Part shown: positions 1 through 9,355 of the stretch, piece by piece
How positions within the stretch are numbered: position 1 is the first letter of the stretch
Layout of the letters: each line of letters starts with the position of its first letter
Virus record (IMG/VR): IMGVR_UViG_3300021091_000286
Strand: one strand, 5' to 3'
Length of the DNA: 29,900 bases
Source of the DNA: a virus
Made by a program: the position numbers and the translations under genes
The notes under the pieces: model-generated
What the model was told of the DNA's origin: nothing
Seen by the model: only the letters and a program-made list of their open reading frames with translations
Databases searched by the model: none

Positions 1-253
1 TGAGTCGGAGATGGCTTGGAAAGATGGCGCTCAATACTGGCCTGGTTCGTGACGTTTCTTAAAAGACAGCAAATGAGTATGTTTGATACATGATTCATCA
101 GATTACAAGGAGTACCATGGAAATGCCGATGAAAAACGAATATAAGTATGTTAGAAAGTATCGCACATTTGGCAAGTATTTATTGGCAAGTGGCATAGTA
201 TTATATCTTGTATTTATGATAACTTTTGTTAGTTCATGTATGGGTAACAACTT

Positions 254-538
254 ATGATACACGATCCTTCAGAATACAAAGCGTCAATAGTTCTGACATA
301 TCAGCAGATGTGGGAAGTGTCTAAAGCCATATCCGCTCGGATAGCTGATTGGGTAGGGGCTGGAGTTTTGTCTGAAAAAGATTTAGAAATAAATTGGCTG
401 ACTCAAGTTCAACAAATTTTAGAACCACATATCACATACGCGGTAGACGAATGGGAAAACGAATTGGTTGACAAAGAGATACTTGATTTGGATCAAGCTA
501 TAAATAAAATGTTAGAAGAAGACGGCAGTGATAGCTGA
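254..538 (+). CDS. hypothetical small acidic protein
   Basis: Complete 94-aa ORF; low-complexity acidic/helical composition; no recognised motif. Confidence 0.65.
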   Translation: MIHDPSEYKASIVLTYQQMWEVSKAISARIADWVGAGVLSEKDLEINWLTQVQQILEPHITYAVDEWENELVDKEILDLDQAINKMLEEDGSDS

Positions 539-655
539 TCATCATAATATATTAGATACCACAGAATTAGATTTATTTTTTGTGGGAACAATTATAGTAT
601 GCGCTATAATAGCATTTTATGTCAAACGATTATTAAATCGACAGGACTGATATTT

Positions 656-904
656 ATGGATGACGAAGATTTGTCAGAATTTAACTGTGTTCAATGCGGT
701 GTTAACACATTGAAAATATTTGAATATTATGCATTAAAAGATGATGTTTGGGCGCTAGCCCAAACAGAAAAGGGCATGCTTTGCATAACGTGTTTTGAAA
801 GCATAACTAAAATTACTTTGAATGGAAATCATTTTATTGATTATCCAATCAATACTGGTAATTTTATACGTTCTGATCTTTTGCAAAATCGAATAAACAG
901 TTAA
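656..904 (+). CDS. small putative Zn-binding phage-type protein (CVQC...CITC)
   Basis: In-frame ATG at 656 (MDDEDLSEFNCVQCG) is more plausible than the track start at 599; two CxxC pairs. Confidence 0.65.
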   Translation: MDDEDLSEFNCVQCGVNTLKIFEYYALKDDVWALAQTEKGMLCITCFESITKITLNGNHFIDYPINTGNFIRSDLLQNRINS

Positions 905-913
905 TTTTTAATT

Positions 914-954
914 TTATTAAGCGAATTAAAAATAAATTTTAATTTGCTTAATAA
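914..954. terminator. long AT-rich hairpin, possible terminator or processing structure
   Basis: TTATTAAGCGAATTAAAA / loop ATAAA / TTTTAATTTGCTTAATAA; about 18-bp stem with one G.U pair, immediately downstream of the 904 stop. No clean U-tract follows. Confidence 0.5.
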
Positions 955-958
955 TCAA

Positions 959-978
959 GTAACGTGTGCACACGTTAC
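959..978. repeat. 20-bp perfect palindrome GTAACGTGTG|CACACGTTAC
   Basis: Read directly from sequence; both halves are exact reverse complements. Confidence 0.9.
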
Positions 979-1047
979 AACGGGGTTAAAAACCGTATGG
1001 CCCAGCCAGTGTTTTAACAAGGGGAGCGAACCGTCCCCCCACGATTT

Positions 1048-1119
1048 GGGCTGTTAGCTCAGTGGTAGAGCAGCACTTTTACAAGGTGAAGGTCGTAGGT
1101 TCAAACCCTACACGGCCCA
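1048..1119 (+). tRNA. tRNA-Val(UAC)
   Basis: Cloverleaf: acceptor GGGCTGT/ACGGCCC, D-arm GCTCAGTGGTAGAGC, anticodon loop TTTACAA, T-arm GTAGGTTCAAACCCTAC; CCA not encoded. Confidence 0.9.
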
Positions 1120-1134
1120 CGAAGGAGAATAAAA

Positions 1135-1419
1135 ATGAGTAATACTATTGATAAAATATATTATATTCCAAGTATGCCAGAAAATTATTATGGGCAGACT
1201 TTGTCAGTGTCCAATATAGATGTTAATTCATATATTTGGATTGGTAATAACAGAAATGCAGAATTGTATAAATTAATAAGCAAAGAAGTTGTTGATTTAA
1301 CTGTTAATCATTCGGAGATTGAATACAGATTATCTTTTGAAAGATCTTCAGATAAAACAGTGTATCACGCTATTTGCGATGTTAATACGCGTTTATCTGT
1401 AAAAACTTTTAATTCTTAG
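1135..1419 (+). CDS. hypothetical protein
   Basis: 94-aa ORF preceded by AAGGAGAAT SD-like sequence. Confidence 0.7.
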   Translation: MSNTIDKIYYIPSMPENYYGQTLSVSNIDVNSYIWIGNNRNAELYKLISKEVVDLTVNHSEIEYRLSFERSSDKTVYHAICDVNTRLSVKTFNS

Positions 1420-1427
1420 GAGGCTTT

Positions 1428-1946
1428 ATGGGAATGGATGTTTACGGAAAAAATCCTAAAAATGAAACCGGTGAATATTTTAGAAACAATGTTTGGTGGT
1501 GGCATCCTTTGTGGGAATATATAGAGAATACTTTTCCTGCAATAGCTGGTAAGGTGGAGTATGGTCATTCAAATTCTGGAAGCGGACTAAACTCTGTCGA
1601 TGCAAAAAAACTTGCTGATAAATTGGCAGTGCATATAAAGAATGGTTCTGTCAAACAGTATCAAGAATCTTATATGAAGAATTTAGAAGAATTAGAACTT
1701 GAAGACTGTGAATACTGTGATCAAACTGGTCTAAGAAAATGGGCACCGGGGAGTTTTGTTTATTTAGAAGAAGAAAAGAAAGAAAACGTCCTAAAAGATG
1801 AATTAGGAAATATTATATTGACATGCAATGCTTGTAATGGTTTAGGTAAAAAGAAAAGCTTTCAATGTAATTATCCATTTTCTGAGGAGAATGTAATAGA
1901 ATTTCAAAAATTTTTAGCCAATTGTGGCGGATTTTCAATATGGTAA
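1428..1946 (+). CDS. hypothetical protein with DnaJ-like CxxC(x)nCxxC zinc motif
   Basis: 172 aa; CEYCDQTG...CNACNGLGK resembles DnaJ-type cysteine repeats; SD GGAGG upstream. Confidence 0.75.
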   Translation: MGMDVYGKNPKNETGEYFRNNVWWWHPLWEYIENTFPAIAGKVEYGHSNSGSGLNSVDAKKLADKLAVHIKNGSVKQYQESYMKNLEELELEDCEYCDQTGLRKWAPGSFVYLEEEKKENVLKDELGNIILTCNACNGLGKKKSFQCNYPFSEENVIEFQKFLANCGGFSIW

Positions 1947-1965
1947 TATCAACAAAAGGAAAGTT

Positions 1966-2412
1966 ATGAACAAGAAAAAAATAATCATACAACAAGCTAT
2001 ATCTAACAATTTTGAAAATGCACATTTCATACTTTATAAGTTAAACAATAAAGGCGTCAAGGAAGTTCTTTACTTTAAAGAAGTAACTAGAGCATCAAAA
2101 AATAATAAACCTTTAAACTTTTTTGGCGTTAAAACTTCTAAATATGGAATTAGAATTTCCCAAGGGGCAACCCATTGGTGTTTAGCTATCTTGGGAAATG
2201 AATCAGCTGATGTATTGGTGGAAGATTTTATTCCAGAACCAATGACAAAAAATCAGTATCAACTTAATGATGATACGTATGTTCATGTGAATAGATACAA
2301 TAAAAATCTTAAATTTTCTATTGGTCTTTCTCAAGAAGAATTATATAATAAACGTAAAATTTCTAAAAAAGAAATGGAAGAATTAAATAAAATAGCCCAA
2401 ATGCTTCAGTAG
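1966..2412 (+). CDS. hypothetical protein
   Basis: ATG at 1966 preceded by AAAGGAAAG; track start 1924 overlaps the upstream CDS. Confidence 0.7.
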   Translation: MNKKKIIIQQAISNNFENAHFILYKLNNKGVKEVLYFKEVTRASKNNKPLNFFGVKTSKYGIRISQGATHWCLAILGNESADVLVEDFIPEPMTKNQYQLNDDTYVHVNRYNKNLKFSIGLSQEELYNKRKISKKEMEELNKIAQMLQ

Positions 2413-2434
2413 TTTAATGAAGGAGAATGTTTTA

Positions 2435-2851
2435 ATGAAAGATTATTCTGAAATTATTAAAGATATTACCAATTCAATTCAATACGAAAAAGAAATGATT
2501 GAAAAGGCTTCTAATATAATTTCAAATGCTATTAATTCGACTATTGCTTATAAAAATGAAATGCAAGAAAAACTTGATTTATTAAAGCAAGATATGATTA
2601 GTCCTTTTTTGGAAATTAATCCAAATATTGTTTCTACAATCAATTCTCTTTTATTAACTGTGGAAAATACTCTAACTTCTTTGATAAATACTTGTAATGA
2701 AATTTTGGCAATTGATAATTCTAACCGAAACACACACATTTATAATCAAGCTATTGTAGTTGAAAAATTACGAAATGTTTTAGTTGATCTTAATGCTAAT
2801 TTAATTTCAATAAGAACAAATCCAGATATCGATCTTAATAATATATCTTAA
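2435..2851 (+). CDS. hypothetical coiled-coil protein
   Basis: ATG 2435 preceded by AAGGAGAAT; long helical heptad-like protein. Confidence 0.7.
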   Translation: MKDYSEIIKDITNSIQYEKEMIEKASNIISNAINSTIAYKNEMQEKLDLLKQDMISPFLEINPNIVSTINSLLLTVENTLTSLINTCNEILAIDNSNRNTHIYNQAIVVEKLRNVLVDLNANLISIRTNPDIDLNNIS

Positions 2852-2872
2852 TATCAATAATTAGGAGTCTTT

Positions 2873-3547
2873 ATGTCAAATAATCCTGAAGATATTTTTA
2901 ATCAAAATGATGATGACATTTTCCAAACTAATGAAAATACTTCTCAAAAAATAAGCGAAACAATAGCAAATCGTATTGCTGGCGAAAATGCTGATTTCAA
3001 AATAGATACTTCAGATTTGTTGACAAAAGCAGGTCAAGTTGATTCTAGGGCAAGAATAGTTATTGCTTTGCTAGAAGCTGCAGGAAACTGGGGTGATACA
3101 ACTCATAATACTGGTTTGACAAAAGCTATATTTCATGTCTTGGATCAAATGACTGATAGTCGCTTTAGTAAAACCTACGAATTCTATCGGCTAGAACAGA
3201 ATATTATTCAGCAACAAGTGTTGTTGTATGTTTTGGAAGAAATGATTGTTGATGATTCTGATGAGTTGAAAGAATTGGTGTCCGCTCTTAATGTTGATAT
3301 TACTCCTACTTTTATATTGACTTATATTAAAACTTTTCATAATATTTTAACTCATACGATTAATAAGCATAAAATTGTTTATCAAATATTGTCTAAAGAA
3401 TTGGAAATAAAACAAGAAGAAAGTATTATAGACAATAAAAACGAAATAGCTTCTATGTATAGTGTAAAAGCATTTGTGTATTCTCATGTGGCTAAATCAC
3501 TTAACAAAAATTATATTTCTTCTAAACGCAAAGAATATAATTTATGA
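2873..3547 (+). CDS. hypothetical protein
   Basis: 224-aa ORF with SD (TTAGGAG). Confidence 0.7.
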   Translation: MSNNPEDIFNQNDDDIFQTNENTSQKISETIANRIAGENADFKIDTSDLLTKAGQVDSRARIVIALLEAAGNWGDTTHNTGLTKAIFHVLDQMTDSRFSKTYEFYRLEQNIIQQQVLLYVLEEMIVDDSDELKELVSALNVDITPTFILTYIKTFHNILTHTINKHKIVYQILSKELEIKQEESIIDNKNEIASMYSVKAFVYSHVAKSLNKNYISSKRKEYNL

Positions 3548-4065
3548 TAAATACTTTGAATTTAAAATATGATGATTATTGGACAAATTCTTTTTATCCA
3601 AAGATTGCTTTATTTGTAGAGTATGAAAAAATAAAGAAAATATATAAATCTAAAATAAAATTAATTTATTCCATACTTACTGCTTGTGCCGTTGCTCAGA
3701 TTAGTTATGCTTTTATAAGCCCTCCTATAGCTATTCTAATGTCTCTAGGCATTATAATTCATGAATTGGGTCATTATATGTATGGAAAAGCTTTTAACGC
3801 GAAAGCGTCTTATCCATTGTTTATTCCTGTTCCATTTTTATTAATAGGCTTAACTCATATAGCAGACATAGATCCTGCAAATTTACCAATGATTTCTATG
3901 GCGGGTTTGTTGTTGGAATTTATTTATATTTTATTTATGATTTTTTATAATAGTTTTTACAAATTTTATAGCATAAATATTTTAATAACATATTATTTAA
4001 TTTCTTTTATTTTTAACTATTTTGGATTTGACGGTAAAAAATATCGTCAAGCCAAACAAAAGTGA
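3544..4065 (+). CDS. putative M50-like (site-2-protease-type) membrane metalloprotease
   Basis: 173 aa, hydrophobic segments; HExxH motif in GIIIHELGHYMYGKAF and a downstream NYFGFDGKKYRQ motif resembling the distal Asp-containing motif of M50 peptidases. Confidence 0.6.
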   Translation: MINTLNLKYDDYWTNSFYPKIALFVEYEKIKKIYKSKIKLIYSILTACAVAQISYAFISPPIAILMSLGIIIHELGHYMYGKAFNAKASYPLFIPVPFLLIGLTHIADIDPANLPMISMAGLLLEFIYILFMIFYNSFYKFYSINILITYYLISFIFNYFGFDGKKYRQAKQK

Positions 4066-4073
4066 GGAATATT

Positions 4074-4241
4074 ATGTTAATGCTTTTAAGTCCGTTTATT
4101 ATCATAGGTGTAGTATCAAAATTGCGCAATATACAATTGAGTAGCATAATTGAAAGATATGAAGAACAACTATTTGTGGATTATACTTTTGCTTCTATTG
4201 TCAACAATTTGGATTTGGACGAGAAAACGGAGAGCGAATAG
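4074..4241 (+). CDS. small protein with N-terminal TM segment (MLMLLSPFIIIGVVSKLRNIQ...)
   Basis: 55-aa ORF with GTGAGGAAT SD, ends TAG overlapping the GTG start at 4241; absent from the supplied track. Confidence 0.55.
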   Translation: MLMLLSPFIIIGVVSKLRNIQLSSIIERYEEQLFVDYTFASIVNNLDLDEKTESE

Positions 4242-4450
4242 TGAAAAAACAAGAAAATATAAAACAATTTTTAGATGAATGTTTTTTTGATATAAACGGA
4301 TTTTCTTCTTTAAATCCTAATCATTCTGAAGTAATTAAAATTCTTACAAAGATGTTTGTAGGAGTATCAACTGCTATATGGTCTTTTATAGAACTTAAAG
4401 AACATTTAAAACTCAATAGAAAGTATAAAAATTATGACGGACAATTTTGA
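4241..4450 (+). CDS. hypothetical protein
   Basis: GTG start overlapping the previous stop (TAGTG), 69 aa. Confidence 0.55.
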   Translation: MKKQENIKQFLDECFFDINGFSSLNPNHSEVIKILTKMFVGVSTAIWSFIELKEHLKLNRKYKNYDGQF

Positions 4451-4832
4451 TTACCAAAACAAACTTACTTCTTTTACATTTTCTATGACTGCTGCGGCAA
4501 AAACCAAAGAGGAATTAAATAAGAAAGTTAAAATTTTGCAAGAACGGATAGACAAATTGGTTAACGATTTTACAATTGATGATTTACCAGTATTGAAACC
4601 GATTCTAAGTTTGACTCGATCCAAAACCGATCTAAAGAGATTAGCTAAAGCTGTAGATAGGGTTGCAGATATAGTTGAAATTTATGATTCTCTAAATGGT
4701 AAATTGAAGATTGTTGAAATGGTTGAAACTGATCCAAATTGGTTTGCTTCTACCTTTGGAGACTTTGAGAAAGATATTGATAATGCAATAAACAAAATCA
4801 TGGCTGTAGATAAGGAGGACCCTAATGATTGA
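4434..4832 (+). CDS. hypothetical helical protein
   Basis: 132-aa ORF directly coupled to the E2-like gene (8-nt overlap). Confidence 0.6.
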   Translation: MTDNFDYQNKLTSFTFSMTAAAKTKEELNKKVKILQERIDKLVNDFTIDDLPVLKPILSLTRSKTDLKRLAKAVDRVADIVEIYDSLNGKLKIVEMVETDPNWFASTFGDFEKDIDNAINKIMAVDKEDPND

Positions 4833-6792
4833 TTATAGTATTGTAACTAAAGACGAAACTCAAAGCGCTACTATTCGAGGCACTGTAAAGTCTTTTAATC
4901 TTGACCATGTTACCGAAAAAGATTTGACATCTTTTTATGTTAACTTTTCAAAGTATGCATTTATAGACACTGGTTTGTTGCCGTTAGATGGTACTGGATT
5001 ATTGGCTTATCGTCAAGCCGGTAATCATTGTCAAGTAGTTGTACAACATGTTCCAGGAGTTTCTAGAATAATATGGGGCAAATACGAAAATGATACAAGT
5101 GCTCAAACATATCATCTTGCGCAGCCTTACAGAATTTATATAGGAGATTTGCTTGATGGTAATTTTTATGGCGCAAGAATGTTTTATTCTCCTGTGCCAA
5201 TTACTTCTCCTAATCAAGTTTTATATCATGTCAATTTGCCAAATATTAATTGTAAAGGTTATCGCGGAAACGCTGTCGGATGGGTTTGTTTGTATCATAA
5301 TGAAAATTGGACTGACATTCCTTTGGGGGAAAAAGTTTTTCGCATTATAGAAAGATGTTCTGGTTCTGAAGCTTACAATGACAATAACATGTCAGAAACT
5401 GATGGTCCGAGATTTTACAGAGATCATTATTCTGCGAGAGCAATGAATAATGAGTTACTTGCGGATGATTATAAATATTTATGGGATCCTTTTGAATGGC
5501 ATAAAAAGACTGATAAAGATGGATTTCAATGGACTCTCAATGAATCTTTGTGGATACCTGTTCTTGTGCAAGATAAGGATAATCAATCGCAACATTATCA
5601 TAATGGAACTCCATTGACATTGGGAATGGCAATTACTGGAGACTATGCCGCATACTATAGTGATAAGAATAAAACAAAACCTGTCAATGCAATAGCTAGA
5701 AAAGATAAAGAGTTTAAAGATATTAATAGTTTTGCTTTTATTAAAAAAGCTTATGCTGATAGCGCAGTAATAAATAAATCTTCAGATTTTTATAATCCTT
5801 ATGAGAGTGTAGAATCTTTGCGAGAAAACTATTTTTTAACTGCTAAATCTCACAGTAAAGTTGTTGACGCGGAACTTGAAGAAGACGTACTTGAAATTGA
5901 AAATGAATATGTTACCTGCTCTTGTTGTCAACATGATACATCAAAAGATGATGCACATGTAGTTCAAAATTATTATTATTGTCCTGATTGTTTTGAAGAA
6001 AATTGTGTTTATGTAGCAAGTCGTGATGAACATTATCATACGGATTATGTTACCTACATTGATAGGTACGGCGAATACTTCCATAATGATGATATTGTAA
6101 CTTGTTCAAATTGTGATAGTCATTTTCACCTTGACTATGTAGTAAAAGGATATCAACCTTATTGGAATAATGATAAGGAAGAATACGATCTTTGTACTGA
6201 ATGCATCAAATCCCCTGAACAACAAATAGGTGCTATACCTTGCGCAAAATGCGATGATTGTTCAACACTTATGCCAATTTATGAATCTTATCCTAGTTAT
6301 TACAATCGTTATGCTTACATTGAAAATGATAAACTTGTTGTGAAGTATACTTGTAAAGCTACTTGTTCAAATGGTGTATACGAAGACAAAATAATTTGTC
6401 CTTGTGGACAACTTAAAGTAAATGTTGAACATGATGAATATACTCCGAGTTTAGAGAAAATGCACGAACTTGGAATTGTGCAGCATGTAGACGATACAGT
6501 TTGTCTTACAATTTCTGAAGATAAAAATTATTCTTTTTATCCGTTAAAAGAAATACTTGATTATGCTAAGTTACCTTATGATTTTGATAAAAATATAATT
6601 AATTCTCCTGTATATAACAAAGCATGCAAAGGCTGCACATGCTTTAATTCTGACAATAAACTTGTTTATGATCCTTCAAAATTTAACATAGAGACTTTAG
6701 AAGAATTAAAAATGATTCATATTATTATGAATCACGAACAGGACAACATTCTTATGAATGCAAATATTGTTAAAACATTCGAATTACCGTAA
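4825..6792 (+). CDS. E2-like (PRTRC protein B-type UBC/RWD fold) domain fused to a C-terminal Cys-rich multi-zinc region
   Basis: N-terminal region: YRIYIGDLLDGNFYGARMFYSPVPITSPNQVLYHVNLPNINCKGYRGNAVGWVCL, the [LY..pLPN..xxG..C] pattern of prokaryotic E2-like proteins. C-terminal region: many CxxC pairs (CSCC, CPDC, CSNC, CTEC, CAKCDDC, CPCG). Operon context with JAB/ThiF/Ubl. Confidence 0.7.
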   Translation: MIDYSIVTKDETQSATIRGTVKSFNLDHVTEKDLTSFYVNFSKYAFIDTGLLPLDGTGLLAYRQAGNHCQVVVQHVPGVSRIIWGKYENDTSAQTYHLAQPYRIYIGDLLDGNFYGARMFYSPVPITSPNQVLYHVNLPNINCKGYRGNAVGWVCLYHNENWTDIPLGEKVFRIIERCSGSEAYNDNNMSETDGPRFYRDHYSARAMNNELLADDYKYLWDPFEWHKKTDKDGFQWTLNESLWIPVLVQDKDNQSQHYHNGTPLTLGMAITGDYAAYYSDKNKTKPVNAIARKDKEFKDINSFAFIKKAYADSAVINKSSDFYNPYESVESLRENYFLTAKSHSKVVDAELEEDVLEIENEYVTCSCCQHDTSKDDAHVVQNYYYCPDCFEENCVYVASRDEHYHTDYVTYIDRYGEYFHNDDIVTCSNCDSHFHLDYVVKGYQPYWNNDKEEYDLCTECIKSPEQQIGAIPCAKCDDCSTLMPIYESYPSYYNRYAYIENDKLVVKYTCKATCSNGVYEDKIICPCGQLKVNVEHDEYTPSLEKMHELGIVQHVDDTVCLTISEDKNYSFYPLKEILDYAKLPYDFDKNIINSPVYNKACKGCTCFNSDNKLVYDPSKFNIETLEELKMIHIIMNHEQDNILMNANIVKTFELP

Positions 6793-6810
6793 AGATAAGG
6801 AGAATATATT

Positions 6811-8559
6811 ATGACTGAAACACAGAATGGTATAACTATAAATGATTTAGATTTTTTCTATATGCCCAATGGAGTCCCGTGCTTTTTGGGAAATAAAGAA
6901 AATGTTATAAATATTATAGAAAATGATTTGCAATTCACTATATATTATATCTTAACTGACAAATCAACTTTTAAAACATATACAAAAACAGAACCTAGCG
7001 GTTATCAACAAATACCTGGTTCATATAGTAGAATTTGGACCAGCGGTAAAACAACTGAAATTGTTGAAGAAGATCGTCAAATGTGTTTGTTTAAAGTTGT
7101 TAAGAATATGATTGGCAGAGTTTGTCAACCTGTTGAAAACGATGCTTTCGGAGAAACTTTTGTTGGTTTGGAAGCAGAAGCTATATACAACTTGCCTGCA
7201 ATTCCTAAAACTCTTATTGCTAAACTAGACGAGTTTTTCAGATTGGTTCATGCCCAACATGGCACTGAATCAATTGTTATGCTAACTTTTGATACAACAA
7301 ATATGACATCAGATTCTTGGGGAATCCTAGTTCCTAAACAGGAGAATACTTCTGTTCATTGTAAGTATGATCCGGAATCTATAGTAGAAATGAAAGAAGA
7401 ACATTTGTCCATTGTTGGTTCAGTTCATTCTCATCCGGAAATGGCGGCTTATGCTTCTGGTACAGATCATGAGGATCAAGCTGATTTTGATGGTCTACAT
7501 ATTACTTTTGGCTGGCAAAAGACAAAAGATAATAATGCGACTCAATACCATATTGAGATGCAAATGGCCGGGGTAGCTTATACTTTGAAACCTGAAGATG
7601 TCTTTGAAATTGAGACTAAAATAAATGATCCAGATCCAGAAGTTGTTAAGTGGACGGAGAATGTCTCAAAAAAAGCCTACCCCCCGTATTCGGCTTCGGG
7701 GGACACAATCAAGCAGCCGTACCAGCAGCCACATCAACAACCACAAACAACCAGCAATACAACGACGTCTACTACGGATATTGGTCGTAGCACGCGCCAA
7801 AATCTTCTTGGCAGTATAACTGATATTCATCTACAGGATGATGTTATTCTGGTATGCGAAGTAGAGCCCTATGCTCAAGTTGTTCATTGTCCATTGTGTG
7901 AATATGAACTCTCTACTGTTGATATAAACAATAGAATGTGTTCTGGGTGTGAAGGTATAATTGCAACACCTTCAGACAATGTTCAGGATATAATAGCAAG
8001 CGTTAAATATCATGAAGAGTCTAAGTATGCGTGGCTTATGAAAGGTATGAAGCCGCCTAATACACATGAGCTATTTAGTAAAATATATCTTTATTGTAAA
8101 GACAACGATGCAAAAGACATGTTTATGTTGATTTACGATGATGGATTATTGCCACAATATGATAAAAATAATTCTAAATCACTTGATCCAGCTGATGATG
8201 ATGAAGAATTTACTTTATGTTGCAATAAACCATTAAGTGAAATCTACAGTGAAGCTTGCAGTTCTTTATGCAGTGATTGCGATCGTCCAATAACTCATGA
8301 ACATTTAGTTCTGTTTCAAGATGCACATATAGAAAAAAACATTACCTTTTATTCATATGAAAGTGAATGTTGGGAATGTAAAAACTATGAAACAGAACTA
8401 TGTCCACCGTATCGTAATCTCATCATTGATTGGATTCGAAACGGAGAAGTTCCACAAGAAGAGTGCATAGCTGAAATATGCGATTCTTTTCAACCAGTTC
8501 ATCCATATTCAACCGAAGCTACACAGTCAATAACAAACACTGCTTGGCAGAACGATTAA
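6811..8559 (+). CDS. JAB1/MPN (JAMM) isopeptidase-like protein with C-terminal zinc clusters (PRTRC protein A-like)
   Basis: JAMM motif HSHPEMAAYASGTDHED (HxHPx7Sx2D) preceded by conserved Glu region; C-terminal CPLC...CSGC and CSDC...CWEC pairs; SD AAGGAG. Confidence 0.85.
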   Translation: MTETQNGITINDLDFFYMPNGVPCFLGNKENVINIIENDLQFTIYYILTDKSTFKTYTKTEPSGYQQIPGSYSRIWTSGKTTEIVEEDRQMCLFKVVKNMIGRVCQPVENDAFGETFVGLEAEAIYNLPAIPKTLIAKLDEFFRLVHAQHGTESIVMLTFDTTNMTSDSWGILVPKQENTSVHCKYDPESIVEMKEEHLSIVGSVHSHPEMAAYASGTDHEDQADFDGLHITFGWQKTKDNNATQYHIEMQMAGVAYTLKPEDVFEIETKINDPDPEVVKWTENVSKKAYPPYSASGDTIKQPYQQPHQQPQTTSNTTTSTTDIGRSTRQNLLGSITDIHLQDDVILVCEVEPYAQVVHCPLCEYELSTVDINNRMCSGCEGIIATPSDNVQDIIASVKYHEESKYAWLMKGMKPPNTHELFSKIYLYCKDNDAKDMFMLIYDDGLLPQYDKNNSKSLDPADDDEEFTLCCNKPLSEIYSEACSSLCSDCDRPITHEHLVLFQDAHIEKNITFYSYESECWECKNYETELCPPYRNLIIDWIRNGEVPQEECIAEICDSFQPVHPYSTEATQSITNTAWQND

Positions 8560-8574
8560 AAGGAGATATTTTGT

Positions 8575-9336
8575 ATGTCAAATAAACAACATAGATTTAT
8601 TTTGATCGGAGCAGGCGGTATTGGAACTTGGCTTGCTGCTGGTTTAGTGAGACTTCTAGAATGGAAATATCCTGGATCTGCTTTGATTATAGTTGATGGA
8701 GATACTTTTGAAGAAAAGAATAAAGAACGGCAAGATTTTACTAAAACAGGAAATAAAGCTACAGTAAAAGCTTATGAATTAACTTCTCAGTTTAATCAAA
8801 CAAATATTATTCCTGTTCCAAAGTGGATAGTTGGTGAAAACTTTGAGGGAGTTGATGATGAAAATTCATCAAAGATAAAAGCTTCACAACTAATAACAGA
8901 CGGTGATGTAGTATTTGCTGTGGTTGACAATTTTGCTGCTAGAAAAATAATCTTTGATGCTGCTAGTAATCTAAATCATATTGATGTTTTTACTGGCGGT
9001 AACGATGACGCTTTATTTGGCTCTATATATCATTATCAAAAACGCGACGGAAAAGAAATAACTGAACATCCGGTTGTAACCCATTCTGAATATGAGAATC
9101 CGCCAGATAAAAATCCTGGAGAACTTTCTTGTCAAGAAAGATCAAAAATTCAAGGAGGCACTCAACTTCTTGCAACAAACATGGCTGTTGCAGCGTTTTT
9201 GCTGGCCAGAACCCAAAAGATCATAGTAAACGAAGAATCCCCTACAGAAGCAGAGATATACTTTGATCTTGGTTTAGGTAGGGCTGAACCATATGATCGA
9301 ACTGTAAGTAAAACAATGGCAGAAATAGCAAAATAA
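8575..9336 (+). CDS. ThiF/E1-like adenylyltransferase (PRTRC ThiF-like)
   Basis: Nucleotide-binding FILIGAGGIGTWLAAGL, VDGDTFEEKNKERQ, VVDNFAAR, downstream GELSCQERSKIQGGTQLLATNM containing the candidate catalytic Cys. Confidence 0.88.
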   Translation: MSNKQHRFILIGAGGIGTWLAAGLVRLLEWKYPGSALIIVDGDTFEEKNKERQDFTKTGNKATVKAYELTSQFNQTNIIPVPKWIVGENFEGVDDENSSKIKASQLITDGDVVFAVVDNFAARKIIFDAASNLNHIDVFTGGNDDALFGSIYHYQKRDGKEITEHPVVTHSEYENPPDKNPGELSCQERSKIQGGTQLLATNMAVAAFLLARTQKIIVNEESPTEAEIYFDLGLGRAEPYDRTVSKTMAEIAK

Positions 9337-9355
9337 AATAACAAGGAGAAAAGAA

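Noticed and set aside
1-52. Possible C-terminus of an upstream gene (..SEMAWKDGAQYWPGS*)
   Set aside because: Too short to support; another frame is also open, so the true one cannot be decided.
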